43,154 nt of DNA from an uncultured Micavibrio sp. GTDB lineage: Bacteria > Pseudomonadota > Alphaproteobacteria > Micavibrionales > UBA1664. The notes beneath the pieces are model-generated. The model saw only the letters and a program-made list of their open reading frames with translations, searched no databases and was not told where the DNA came from. Below, piece by piece: positions 19,095 through 27,814 of the stretch. The stretch's first letter is position 1. Each line of letters starts with the position of its first letter. The stretch covers positions 1-43,154 of the forward strand of contig CALBME010000181.1 of assembly GCA_937896295.1 (NCBI GenBank), written 5' to 3'. A program made the translations under genes and the position numbers.

Positions 19095-21641
19095 TCAGGC
19101 CAGCACGTCCTTAACCTTTGCGGCCAGCTGCTGCAGGGTGAAGGGCTTGGGCAGGAAATAGGTATTCTCGCCAAACTGGCCCTTGAACTTGTCTTCCGTA
19201 TAACCGGACACGAAGATGACCGGCACGTCCGGGTAAATGGCGCGCAGCTTGGTCACCAGCGTGGGGCCGTCCATTTCGGGCATGATGACGTCTGTCACGA
19301 CCAGATCCGGCGCCTGACCATGGTTTTTAACGATGTCCAGCGCGGTTTCCCCGCCCGGCGCATCCAGGACCTGGTACCCCTTGTTGGCCAGTGCCCGGGC
19401 GCTGAAGGCGCGCACGGCGTCCTCGTCCTCGACCAGCAGGATGGTGGCGGTTCCGGTAAGGTCGGCGGCCTTTTCCTCGATCTTCGCGGCGGCGGCCTTG
19501 GCGGTCACCCCTTGCGCCGAACGCGGCAGGTAGATCGAGAAAGTCGTCCCCTGCCCGATGACCGAATCTACATGCACATATCCGCCCGTCTGGCGGATAA
19601 TGCCGTAAACGGTGGACAGGCCAAGGCCCGTGCCCGACCCCACCGGCTTGGTGGTGAAGAACGGCTCGAAAATGCGGCTGATATTCTCGCGCGGGATGCC
19701 GCAACCGGTATCCGCAACCGAGATGCAGACCCAGTCGCCCGCCGGCATGGTATCGGCCCCGCGTTGCTGCGGGGCGGTAGTGACGATCTGCTGCGTTTTG
19801 ATGGTCAGCTTGCCCTGGCCGTTCATGGCATCGCGCGCGTTGACGACAAGGTTGATCAGCACCTGTTCCATCTGGCCTTCGTCGGCCTTGATGAGACCGC
19901 TGGCCGCGTCATGGACGATATCCAGTTCGATCATCACGCCGATCAGGCGGCGCATCAGGTGGCTGAGTTCGGTCAGGGTTTCGGTGACGTCCAGCACCTT
20001 GGGCTGCAGCGTCTGCTGGCGCGAAAACGCCAGAAGCTGGCGCACAAGGTTGGCCGCCCGGTTCGCGTTCTGCTTGATCTGCATGATGTCGTTGAACGAC
20101 GGATCGCCCGGCTTGTGGCGCAGCAAAAGCAGGTCGCAGAAACCGATCATGGCGGTCAGCAGGTTGTTGAAGTCATGCGCGACGCCGCCGGCCAGCTGGC
20201 CCACGGCCTGCATTTTCTGCGACTGCGTGAACTGCGCCTCGAGCGCCTTCTGCTCGGTCAGGTTGATGAAGTGGACGACCGTATTGCGCCCGCGGTATTT
20301 CCGCGCGTGCATCTGCACCACCACGTCGCGGTCCTGCCCTTTGAGCGTGACCTCAAGCGGGTCCATCGACCGGCCTTCCTCGATCGTGGTCATCGCGCTT
20401 GTCAGCTTGGCGCGGTCGCTGTCGGCAATGACGGAGTCGAAATTGCGCCCTTCGATGGATTCCACCGGCATGCCCAGCATCAGGCTCAAGGCCTTGTTGC
20501 AATCGGACAGGACGCCGTGATTGTCGATCAGGGCGATGCCCAGCGGCGCCTCGTTGAAGAAGGTCTGGAAACGGTCTTCCGACTCTTTCAGGGCCTGGCG
20601 CATTTCGCGCTCGGATGTAAGGTCGTGCACGACCGCGCGGGTACGGACCATGCCGTCGGCCTCCAGCATCGCAGACTGGTTGATGGAGGCGAGGAAGATC
20701 TTGCCCGCCGGTCCCTTCATCTTGAGTTCCGCCACCTGACGCTGGCCGCCTTCGGTGGTGATGTCATAGGGCTTGGCCCCTTCCGGCGGATCGACCAGAT
20801 AGGTGTGGACACGGCCCACGGTCAGCAGGGTTTCGATATCGGTACCCAGCCACCGCGCAAGGGTCGCGTTGACGAACAGGAAACGCCCGTCTTCCCCGGC
20901 GGAGAAAAACCCGACCGGCGCATTGTCGGTAAAATCGATCAGCTTCTCACGCTCGGCCCGCACGGCCGCGTCCAGTTCGTGACGCTCTGTAATATCTTCG
21001 ATGCGCCAGTTGACCGTCCCGATCCAGCCCGGCACGGGTTGCGCCTCCACCTTGATCCAGCGGCGATAGCCATGGGTCATGGTGGAAAGCTCGATCCGCT
21101 CGGCCGTCCCGCGATAGGCAAGGTCGATCATCAGGTCGATCCGCTCAAGGCTTTCCGGCACCGGCTCGAACACCTTACGCAAGGATTTGAGCGAAATATC
21201 ATCCGCGCTGCCCGTCAGGTCCGCGCACAGGGCGCGCCATGTCTCGTTCATCAGGATGGTGCGGCGGCTGAAATCGGTGACAAGGCGCCCGGTCTTGTGG
21301 CTGCCATGAAATATCTCGTCCAGAATGCTGCGTTCCCGGCTGACATTACGGGCGGCCTGAATGACGAAGCCAAGGCTGGTGACGACCAGAATACCCAGCC
21401 CGAGGATAGCCAGCTGGATGTGGTGACGCTCGAGATTGAGTTTGCCGGCATGCCAAAGGACCAGCAGGGCCACCAGCACAAGGCTGCCGGTCAGCAGGAC
21501 GGTCCAGTAAACAGTGGTGTCCGTCCCTGCCGGACGCTGGGCGGACGGGCGCAGAACCGCCTCGGTACGGTCGGGGCGGATCATGCTCTCGGTCGATTGC
21601 GACAGCGGATCTATGGAGGAATGGTCGGGACGGTCAGACAT
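19095..21641 (-). CDS. cckA: Hybrid PAS histidine kinase, CckA-like
   Basis: Two N-terminal TM helices, PAS repeats, H-box region QLAGGVAHDFNNLLTAMIGFCDLLLLRHKPGDPSFNDIMQIKQNANRAANLVRQLLAFSRQQ (as I remember CckA), HATPase and a C-terminal receiver. It starts 12 nt after the flhB stop. Confidence 0.6.
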   Translation of the reverse strand: MSDRPDHSSIDPLSQSTESMIRPDRTEAVLRPSAQRPAGTDTTVYWTVLLTGSLVLVALLVLWHAGKLNLERHHIQLAILGLGILVVTSLGFVIQAARNVSRERSILDEIFHGSHKTGRLVTDFSRRTILMNETWRALCADLTGSADDISLKSLRKVFEPVPESLERIDLMIDLAYRGTAERIELSTMTHGYRRWIKVEAQPVPGWIGTVNWRIEDITERHELDAAVRAEREKLIDFTDNAPVGFFSAGEDGRFLFVNATLARWLGTDIETLLTVGRVHTYLVDPPEGAKPYDITTEGGQRQVAELKMKGPAGKIFLASINQSAMLEADGMVRTRAVVHDLTSEREMRQALKESEDRFQTFFNEAPLGIALIDNHGVLSDCNKALSLMLGMPVESIEGRNFDSVIADSDRAKLTSAMTTIEEGRSMDPLEVTLKGQDRDVVVQMHARKYRGRNTVVHFINLTEQKALEAQFTQSQKMQAVGQLAGGVAHDFNNLLTAMIGFCDLLLLRHKPGDPSFNDIMQIKQNANRAANLVRQLLAFSRQQTLQPKVLDVTETLTELSHLMRRLIGVMIELDIVHDAASGLIKADEGQMEQVLINLVVNARDAMNGQGKLTIKTQQIVTTAPQQRGADTMPAGDWVCISVADTGCGIPRENISRIFEPFFTTKPVGSGTGLGLSTVYGIIRQTGGYVHVDSVIGQGTTFSIYLPRSAQGVTAKAAAAKIEEKAADLTGTATILLVEDEDAVRAFSARALANKGYQVLDAPGGETALDIVKNHGQAPDLVVTDVIMPEMDGPTLVTKLRAIYPDVPVIFVSGYTEDKFKGQFGENTYFLPKPFTLQQLAAKVKDVLA

Positions 21642-21653
21642 TGCGATTCAGCA

Positions 21654-22724
21654 TTATAGCTTCTTCTTGAGCCGGAAGACATACGAGATCACCTCGGCCA
21701 CCGCCTTGTAATGCTCGGCCGGGATGACGTCATCGACCTCGATGGCCTTGTGCAGCGTCCGGGCCAGCGGCGGGTTCTCGACTATGACCACCCCGTTCTG
21801 TTCGGCGATTTCGCGGATGCGCAAGGCCACGTTGTCCAGCCCCTTGGCGGTACAGATCGGCGCGTCCATTTCCTGCGGCTCGTATTTCAGGGCGACCGCA
21901 TAGTGGGTCGGGTTGGTGATGACCACGGTCGAGGACGGCACGTTGTTCATCATGCGCTTGCGCGCGCGTTCCATGCGGATCTGGCGCAGGCGCGAACGCA
22001 CATGCGGGTCGCCCTCGCTCTGCTTGTATTCGTCGCGGATTTCCTGACGGCTCATGCGCATCTGCATGTAATGCGTATAGCGCTGGAACACGAGATCGGC
22101 CCCCGCCAGCAGGAAATACACCATCAGGATGGCCGTCATCAGCTTGATGAACAGGCGCATCATCAGCGCCGTCAGATCCGTAAGCGGCATGGCGATCATC
22201 GTATCGAGACTGTCGATGGTGGATTTGAGCACCTCCCACGACACCCACGAGATGATGACAACCTTGCAAAGACCTTTGAGGAATTCAAACAGCGATCGGC
22301 CGGAAAAAATCCGCTTGAAGCCCGCCATGGGCGACACCTTGTCAAGCTTGGGCATGATGCTTTCGATGGAATAAAGCGGCCCCACCTGAGCAAAGGGGCC
22401 GACGCCGGCGGCAATGAACAGCACCAGAATGGGCGCCATCATGATCGCCAGCACGTCGAAGAACAGGGCCTTGAGAACCTGGATCGTCCCGGGACTGCCG
22501 AAGACCTGCCACGACTGGTCTAAAAACGCATGCAGCAGATAGGCCAGTTGCTGCATCATATGCGGCCCCATCGCGGCCACCACGATGGTGGCGATGAGCA
22601 GCATGAACCACGTATTGGCCTCCTTGCTCATCGGGACCTGGCCGCGTTTGCGCGCCTCTTCCAGTTTTTTGGGGGTCGGGTCTTCGGTACGCTGGGAATC
22701 GTCGCCGTCGTCGCTCTCGGACAT
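21654..22724 (-). CDS. flhB: Flagellar export apparatus switch protein FlhB
   Basis: N-terminal TEDPTPKKLEEARKRGQV, four TM segments, and the autocleavage motif NPTH (VITNPTHYAVALKY). Confidence 0.95.
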   Translation of the reverse strand: MSESDDGDDSQRTEDPTPKKLEEARKRGQVPMSKEANTWFMLLIATIVVAAMGPHMMQQLAYLLHAFLDQSWQVFGSPGTIQVLKALFFDVLAIMMAPILVLFIAAGVGPFAQVGPLYSIESIMPKLDKVSPMAGFKRIFSGRSLFEFLKGLCKVVIISWVSWEVLKSTIDSLDTMIAMPLTDLTALMMRLFIKLMTAILMVYFLLAGADLVFQRYTHYMQMRMSRQEIRDEYKQSEGDPHVRSRLRQIRMERARKRMMNNVPSSTVVITNPTHYAVALKYEPQEMDAPICTAKGLDNVALRIREIAEQNGVVIVENPPLARTLHKAIEVDDVIPAEHYKAVAEVISYVFRLKKKL

Positions 22725-23509
22725 CAGCCACCCCGCGGCACTAGAAACATGGACACGGCTTCCTGATACGACGAAAGCCAGTACATCATGCCGGCACTGA
22801 CAACCAGCGTGAAGATCAAAAGCCCGGCCATGATCTGCACGGGCATGAACAGCACGAACACCTGCAATTGCGGCATGACGCGCGACAAAATCCCCATGGC
22901 CACATACACCATCATCGTGACCAGAATGAACGGCATGCTGATATGAAAGCCGACGGCGAAGGACTGGGTGACGGCGGTCGCATAACTGTCGGCCATGGCG
23001 CCGGACAGGCTCATGCCGATATCGCCGGGCGGAAAGGTGCGATAGGAATCCATCAGCGCCTGTAAAACCAGATGATGCATGTTGGTGGCAAACAACAGCA
23101 GCGCGCCGGTCACCGACATGAACGCGCCCATGATAGAGCCCTGCGTCGCCATGGCAGGGTTGAAGATCTGCGCGTTCGCAAGCCCCATATGCATGGAAAT
23201 GAACATGCCTGCCGTATCCAGCGCGGCCATCATGGCCCGTGCGATACCGCCGATGAAGGCCCCCATCACGAATTCACCGACCAGAAGCGAAAGAAACCCC
23301 ATGCCCGCCCCCGTCCCCGGCGGCAGCGTGGCCGCAAGAACAGGCGTAAGGATGGCCGAAAACCCAAGCGCAAACAGCAGCCGCACGCGGCCCGGCACGA
23401 AGCCGTCACCGATACCCGGCATGATCATCATGGCCGTGCCGACCCGCACGAAGACCATCATGAAAGCATAGACTTGGCCGACAGCGAGGGTTTGGATCAG
23501 GGATTCCAT
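22724..23509 (-). CDS. fliR: Flagellar export apparatus protein FliR
   Basis: 261-aa polytopic membrane protein between fliQ and flhB, with an ATGA overlap with flhB. Confidence 0.85.
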   Translation of the reverse strand: MESLIQTLAVGQVYAFMMVFVRVGTAMMIMPGIGDGFVPGRVRLLFALGFSAILTPVLAATLPPGTGAGMGFLSLLVGEFVMGAFIGGIARAMMAALDTAGMFISMHMGLANAQIFNPAMATQGSIMGAFMSVTGALLLFATNMHHLVLQALMDSYRTFPPGDIGMSLSGAMADSYATAVTQSFAVGFHISMPFILVTMMVYVAMGILSRVMPQLQVFVLFMPVQIMAGLLIFTLVVSAGMMYWLSSYQEAVSMFLVPRGG

Positions 23510-23560
23510 GGCGGTTAAAGGATACTCTCGTCTTTTAAACGCGTGAAACGAAAAGCCGTA

Positions 23561-23833
23561 TCAGTTGATCGGCATGCCAATCATCTGGTCGGCCAGACGG
23601 CGCGTGAAGTCGATCAGCTCGTGCCCCATATAGGGAATGACCGCAAAAAGCGTGAGGAACATCGCCACGATCTTGGGCACGAAGGACAATGTCATTTCCT
23701 GAATTTGGGTCAGCGCCTGCAGAAGGCCGATCAGCACGCCGACCACCAGCGCCACGATCAGCACGGGCGCGCCCAGCTTCAGGGTCAGCATGATGGCCTC
23801 GCGACCGTAATCCAGGATAATGCCTTGGTCCAT
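23561..23833 (-). CDS. fliQ: Flagellar export apparatus protein FliQ
   Basis: Block GLLQALTQIQEMTLSFVPKI. ATG 23833 gives 90 aa and aligns with E. coli FliQ. The track ORF starts at TTG 23851. Confidence 0.9.
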   Translation of the reverse strand: MDQGIILDYGREAIMLTLKLGAPVLIVALVVGVLIGLLQALTQIQEMTLSFVPKIVAMFLTLFAVIPYMGHELIDFTRRLADQMIGMPIN

Positions 23834-23914
23834 ATCCCTATGGTATCTCAAAGGCTTGGATGCGGTCCATCCCGGAATTCAAAATATTACGAAAGGCAGT
23901 GCGTAACCCGGCGG

Positions 23915-24223
23915 TTAAATTGGCATCCGCATGATGTCCTGATACGCGCTGACCAGCCGGTCGCGCACGCTCATGACGGTTTGCAGGGTCATTTCCGCGT
24001 CCGTGACGGCGCTCACCACATCGGTAAGGTCGGCCTTGCCCAGAACGGCCTGCGCCGAAACGGCCTCGGAGGTTTTCTGGGTCTTGATGACCGAGTCGAT
24101 GGCGCCCTTGATCATGGAACCGAAGGAAAACGCGTCGTTATCCTCGCCCCCGCCGACGGATTTGTCGGCGATCTTGGCGGTATTCATATACGCACCGATG
24201 GCTTGGGATACTTTGTCGACCAT
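23915..24223 (-). CDS. fliE: Flagellar hook-basal body protein FliE
   Basis: 102 aa. The C-terminus VSAYQDIMRMPI is typical of FliE. It follows flgC. Confidence 0.9.
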   Translation of the reverse strand: MVDKVSQAIGAYMNTAKIADKSVGGGEDNDAFSFGSMIKGAIDSVIKTQKTSEAVSAQAVLGKADLTDVVSAVTDAEMTLQTVMSVRDRLVSAYQDIMRMPI

Positions 24224-24251
24224 GTCTGGCTCCTGTTCCTTATTATCTCAC

Positions 24252-24665
24252 TTAGCCGCGCAGCAAATCAAGTGTGCGGCTCATCATGGATTTGGCGATT
24301 TCGATCATACCCAGATTGGCCTCGTAGGAGCGCTGCGCCTCGCGCATGTCCATGGTTTCGATCAGGGTATTCACGTTGGGCATTTTGACATAGCCGTTGG
24401 CGTCCGCGCCGGGATGGTCGGGCATGAAGCGCAGGCGGAACGGGGTTTTGTTGTCTTCCGCGATGCCGCCGTCCTTCACGATTTCGGCGCCCATCGATTT
24501 GTCCATCACGGTCTTGAAGGTGATGGTCTTGCGGCGGTACGGGTCTTCGCCGGGGGCGGTTGCCGCTGTGTCGGCGTTGGCGATGTTCTGCGAAATGACC
24601 CGAAGGCGTTCGCCCTGCGCCCGCATGCCTGAAGCCGAAATACCGATTGCGTTCATGATTTCCAT
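24252..24665 (-). CDS. flgC: Flagellar proximal rod protein FlgC
   Basis: N-terminal ISASGMRAQGERLRVISQNIANADT and C-terminal SYEANLGMIE rod motifs. Confidence 0.95.
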   Translation of the reverse strand: MEIMNAIGISASGMRAQGERLRVISQNIANADTAATAPGEDPYRRKTITFKTVMDKSMGAEIVKDGGIAEDNKTPFRLRFMPDHPGADANGYVKMPNVNTLIETMDMREAQRSYEANLGMIEIAKSMMSRTLDLLRG

Positions 24666-24680
24666 GGGTCAGGTCCTTTC

Positions 24681-25127
24681 TTATCCGCGTTCGCCCAGCG
24701 CCATGCGCAGCATGCCGACATTACGGCGGTAAAGGTTGGTGGCCAGCTGGTAATCCATCTGGTTGCGGTTCGCCTTGAACAGCTGTTCCTCGATCACGAC
24801 CCCGTTATTGTCCGGGCTTGCCTCGTAGACCGTTCTTTGCGCCTTTTCGGCCGCCGGGGTCTTGGTGCCGGGCTGCGTGCCGAAATGCATGCTGTTGCTG
24901 GCTTCCAGCGTGACAGGTGTCATTTTCAGCTGCGGCGCGGTGCCGGCGCCGGACTTGGCGGACGCGCCAAGCACGGATTCAAAATCAGCGGGCTTCAGGC
25001 TCATGGGCTGGTAGCCCGGCGTGTCGGCATTCGCGATGTTCTGCGACAGGACGCGCTGGTTCTGGTCAAGCCAGTCCATTTTCGACATAATGCCTTTCAG
25101 AAGGCCAATTCCAGAGAGCATTGTCAT
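24681..25127 (-). CDS. flgB: Flagellar proximal rod protein FlgB
   Basis: Rod N-terminal motif QRVLSQNIANADTPGY. ATG 25127 (MTMLSG...) is preferred over the track start at 25205, which would run through the sigma54 promoter. Confidence 0.9.
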   Translation of the reverse strand: MTMLSGIGLLKGIMSKMDWLDQNQRVLSQNIANADTPGYQPMSLKPADFESVLGASAKSGAGTAPQLKMTPVTLEASNSMHFGTQPGTKTPAAEKAQRTVYEASPDNNGVVIEEQLFKANRNQMDYQLATNLYRRNVGMLRMALGERG

Positions 25128-25167
25128 TTTTGTTTCTCGCTCAAGTTCAGGTACCCACCAACCTATT

Positions 25168-25183
25168 TGCGAAAACCGTGCCA
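25168..25183 (-). promoter_or_regulatory. Sigma54 (-24/-12) promoter for the flgB operon
   Basis: Minus strand reads TGGCACGGTTTTCGCA (TGGCAC-N5-TCGCA, with GG and GC at canonical spacing). The predicted 5' UTR to the flgB ATG is about 30 nt. Confidence 0.6.
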
Positions 25184-25540
25184 AACTTTTCAGACGACGA
25201 CACACCCTTTAAGCCCCTGAATGCGGAGGAAATTCCCCATCGCCAGACGGCCGTCGCCCTGAAAGACCGCAGCCTTCTGGGCCAGGTGCCGGAGATTACG
25301 GCAGCCGGACGCGGGGAAATTGCCCGTCAAATCATTGAAATTGCATATCAAAACGGCATAAAGGTGCGCGAGGACGCGAACCTTGCCGAAATCCTGGCCC
25401 GGTTTGAACTGGACTCCCCCGTTCCGACCGAGGCGCTGATGGCCGTGGGGGAAATTCTTGCCTATGTCTACCAGGCCAACGGGGAACCCAACCCGTTCGA
25501 CGCCGTGCTGAAGGCCGAACTCGCCAAGGGGGATGCATGA
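25178..25540 (+). CDS. FlhB C-terminal-domain-only paralog (EscU/YscU/FhlB-like small protein)
   Basis: The block AVALKD...PEITAAGRGEIARQIIEIAYQNGIKVREDANLAEIL...VPTEALMAVGEILAYVY matches the FlhB cytoplasmic domain downstream of NPTH. The start is uncertain: TTG 25121 in the track, GTG 25178 used here. Confidence 0.55.
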   Translation: MPNFSDDDTPFKPLNAEEIPHRQTAVALKDRSLLGQVPEITAAGRGEIARQIIEIAYQNGIKVREDANLAEILARFELDSPVPTEALMAVGEILAYVYQANGEPNPFDAVLKAELAKGDA

Positions 25541-25800
25541 CCCCCCGCCCCACCCCTTCCGCCCATGACCGGATGGAGGCGCTGATCGCCAAAATCGAAG
25601 AAGCCACCGCCGTGACGCAGAATGGCCGGCGCATAGACATCCGGTCGCTGGACGCGGAGTCGGCGGCGCTGGCCAAAATGCTGAAAGGCAAACCGGACGA
25701 AACCATCAAGCCCCTGCTGGCCCGCGCCGTACTGGCGATCGAACGCCTGACCCACGCGCTGGAGGACCAGGTCGCGGCGCTGAAGGACAAGAAAAAATAA
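25537..25800 (+). CDS. Hypothetical 87-aa helical protein in the flagellar locus
   Basis: ATGA overlap with the preceding gene. High G/C at third codon positions. Predicted helical with a Lys-rich end. No family recognised. Confidence 0.5.
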   Translation: MTPRPTPSAHDRMEALIAKIEEATAVTQNGRRIDIRSLDAESAALAKMLKGKPDETIKPLLARAVLAIERLTHALEDQVAALKDKKK

Positions 25801-25841
25801 CCGCCCTTGCGGACCTGTTTAAAACCCCGCACACTTCGAAA

Positions 25842-26126
25842 ATGGAATGGTCTGAATACCTGCGTTTTGTCTTTGCGCTGGCCTTTGTGCTGGCGTTGAT
25901 GGGTCTGCTCGCCCTGCTGGCGCGGCGCACCGGCCTGGGCCGGATGGCGCTGGGGTCCGGCCGCCGCCTTGCCCTGATCGAACTGCGCAGCATTGATACG
26001 CGCCACAAACTGGCGCTGGTCAAATGCGACGACCGCGAACACCTGATCGTTCTGGGCCCGCAGGGCCAGACCGTGATCGATACCAACGTCACCCCGGTGA
26101 CCACCCCGGTAAAGGCCCCTGAATGA
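25842..26126 (+). CDS. fliO: FliO-like flagellar export protein
   Basis: 94 aa with a single N-terminal TM (FVFALAFVLALMGLLALLA), then L.LIE..SID.RHKLALVKCDDREHLIVLG. ATGA overlap with fliP. Confidence 0.55.
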   Translation: MEWSEYLRFVFALAFVLALMGLLALLARRTGLGRMALGSGRRLALIELRSIDTRHKLALVKCDDREHLIVLGPQGQTVIDTNVTPVTTPVKAPE

Positions 26127-26905
26127 CCCGCTCCAGAAAAATCTGCATCTATCTTTTATGCCTGCTGGGCGCCGCCATGATCCTTGGCGCCCCCATCGCG
26201 ATGGCGCAGGAACTGACCCTCGACATGGGGGGCGATGACGGCACCCTCGCCTCCCGCGTGGTCCAGCTTCTGGCCCTGCTGACGGTGCTGTCGCTGGCAC
26301 CCAGCATTCTCATCATGATGACCAGCTTTACGCGCATCATCATCGTCCTGTCCTTTCTGCGGACGGCGCTGGGCGTACAACAGACGCCGCCAAACACGGT
26401 GCTGATGTCGCTGGCCCTGTTCCTGACCTTTTTCATCATGTCGCCCGTCCTGACCCAGGCCTATGAGCAGGGCATCAAACCCCTGATGGCGCAGGAAATT
26501 GACGAAACGCAGGCCCTGACACGCACCACCGACCCGTTCAAGGCCTTCATGCTGCGCAACACGCGCGAGGCCGACCTGACCCTGTTCATGGACATGTCCA
26601 AGACGGAAGCCCCCAAAACCGCCATGGAAACTCCGCTTCAGGTGGTGATACCGGCCTTCATGATCTCGGAACTGCGCCGCGCCTTCGAAATCGGCTTCAT
26701 GCTGTTCCTGCCCTTCCTGATCATCGACATGGTGACGGCCTCCATCCTGATGTCGATGGGTATGATGATGCTGCCGCCCATCATGATCTCGCTGCCGTTC
26801 AAGATCATTTTCTTCGTCATGGTCGATGGATGGCACCTTGTGGTCGGATCGCTGGTCAAAAGCTTCGACACGGTGCAGGCCGGCGTCGGGGTTACAACAC
26901 CCTGA
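26123..26905 (+). CDS. fliP: Flagellar export apparatus protein FliP
   Basis: Signal peptide plus FliP blocks LTVLSLAPSILIMMTSFTRIIIVLSFLR.ALG.QQ.PPN and FMISELRRAFEIGF. Confidence 0.95.
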   Translation: MTRSRKICIYLLCLLGAAMILGAPIAMAQELTLDMGGDDGTLASRVVQLLALLTVLSLAPSILIMMTSFTRIIIVLSFLRTALGVQQTPPNTVLMSLALFLTFFIMSPVLTQAYEQGIKPLMAQEIDETQALTRTTDPFKAFMLRNTREADLTLFMDMSKTEAPKTAMETPLQVVIPAFMISELRRAFEIGFMLFLPFLIIDMVTASILMSMGMMMLPPIMISLPFKIIFFVMVDGWHLVVGSLVKSFDTVQAGVGVTTP

Positions 26906-27752
26906 ACTGGCGGCTGAAGCCGTCTTTAAGCGCCTGCGCGGTCCATTGATACCGGCGGATGTTATCGGCCACCTTCGGCCCCGCCCCGGCATGGACCAGC
27001 CGTGCATATAACCCCGTCACCTGCGGAAGGCGTTCCGCCAACCCCCGGATCCGGCCGGGCCGGGATGCCATGACATAGGCATTCACCACACGCTGGCCGA
27101 TATGGGGCATATCCTTGGCAAACGGCCAGTGCCCGTGCGCCAGCAGCCAGATATCGCGCAGCTGGGCATCGGCCACCCCCATGACCTTTTCCACGTCGTC
27201 TTCAAGATCGATGAAATGAATCGCCCCACTGGCATCCACCGTCAGGTTCTTGGGATAGGGCTGGCCGTGGAACTGCTCGTCATTATGCAGCGCCGCCATG
27301 GCCTCGCCCACCTTGCGGATCAGATCGCCGCGCTGCGCCCGCCCGCTTCCGTGCAGGGCAAGCCAGATGGATGTACCGGCATCGCTTAAGACAAGGTGGT
27401 CGGAGGTCTGGTCGAAAATATGGGGCACGTTGTGGCCGCGGCCGGCCAGATGCCGCAGGCGGCCCGCTTCAAACGCCAGCGCACGCTTGCGGTTAAAGAT
27501 ATGACTGCAGCGAAGCACGGGCGGCATCAGGGGCGTGCGCACCGCGCGTTGAAACAGCGGGGCCAGCGGAAAGGACTTGTCCTGCGCCAGCTTGACCCAT
27601 GCCGGCTGGCCCGCAAACGTCGTACGGTAGGTACGCTGACGGGCCTGAGGGGCGATATCCGTATCGGGCGGCAACATGGACAGGGACATATGACTCACGT
27701 GAAACGGCTGTTTTGCGCCATTCTTATAGCCGATTGCGTGGACGGCATGCAA
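26892..27752 (-). CDS. LPS-kinase/RIO-like protein-kinase-fold protein with a substituted catalytic Asp (possible pseudokinase)
   Basis: AWVKL (N-lobe Lys), catalytic-loop-like LHNDEQFHGQPYPKNLTV and metal-binding-like HFIDLED. The usual HGD is HGQ (Gln164, codon 27261-27263). The start is uncertain. The 3' end overlaps fliP by 14 nt (convergent). Confidence 0.5.
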   Translation of the reverse strand: MHAVHAIGYKNGAKQPFHVSHMSLSMLPPDTDIAPQARQRTYRTTFAGQPAWVKLAQDKSFPLAPLFQRAVRTPLMPPVLRCSHIFNRKRALAFEAGRLRHLAGRGHNVPHIFDQTSDHLVLSDAGTSIWLALHGSGRAQRGDLIRKVGEAMAALHNDEQFHGQPYPKNLTVDASGAIHFIDLEDDVEKVMGVADAQLRDIWLLAHGHWPFAKDMPHIGQRVVNAYVMASRPGRIRGLAERLPQVTGLYARLVHAGAGPKVADNIRRYQWTAQALKDGFSRQFRVL

Positions 27753-27814
27753 ATTTCGCCACTCACGTACAAAGTCTCTCGACTTAGGATAAAATCTCAG
27801 GCAAAAACAACACT

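Noticed and set aside
18993-21659. 888-aa plus-strand ORF antisense to the CckA-like kinase
   Set aside because: It is the same kind of shadow-ORF artefact. The opposite strand encodes clear PAS, HisKA, HATPase and receiver motifs.
25332-26300. 322-aa minus-strand ORF across the FlhB-C paralog, the 87-aa ORF, fliO and the fliP start
   Set aside because: It is an Arg/Pro/Gly-rich shadow ORF spanning four translationally coupled plus-strand genes.
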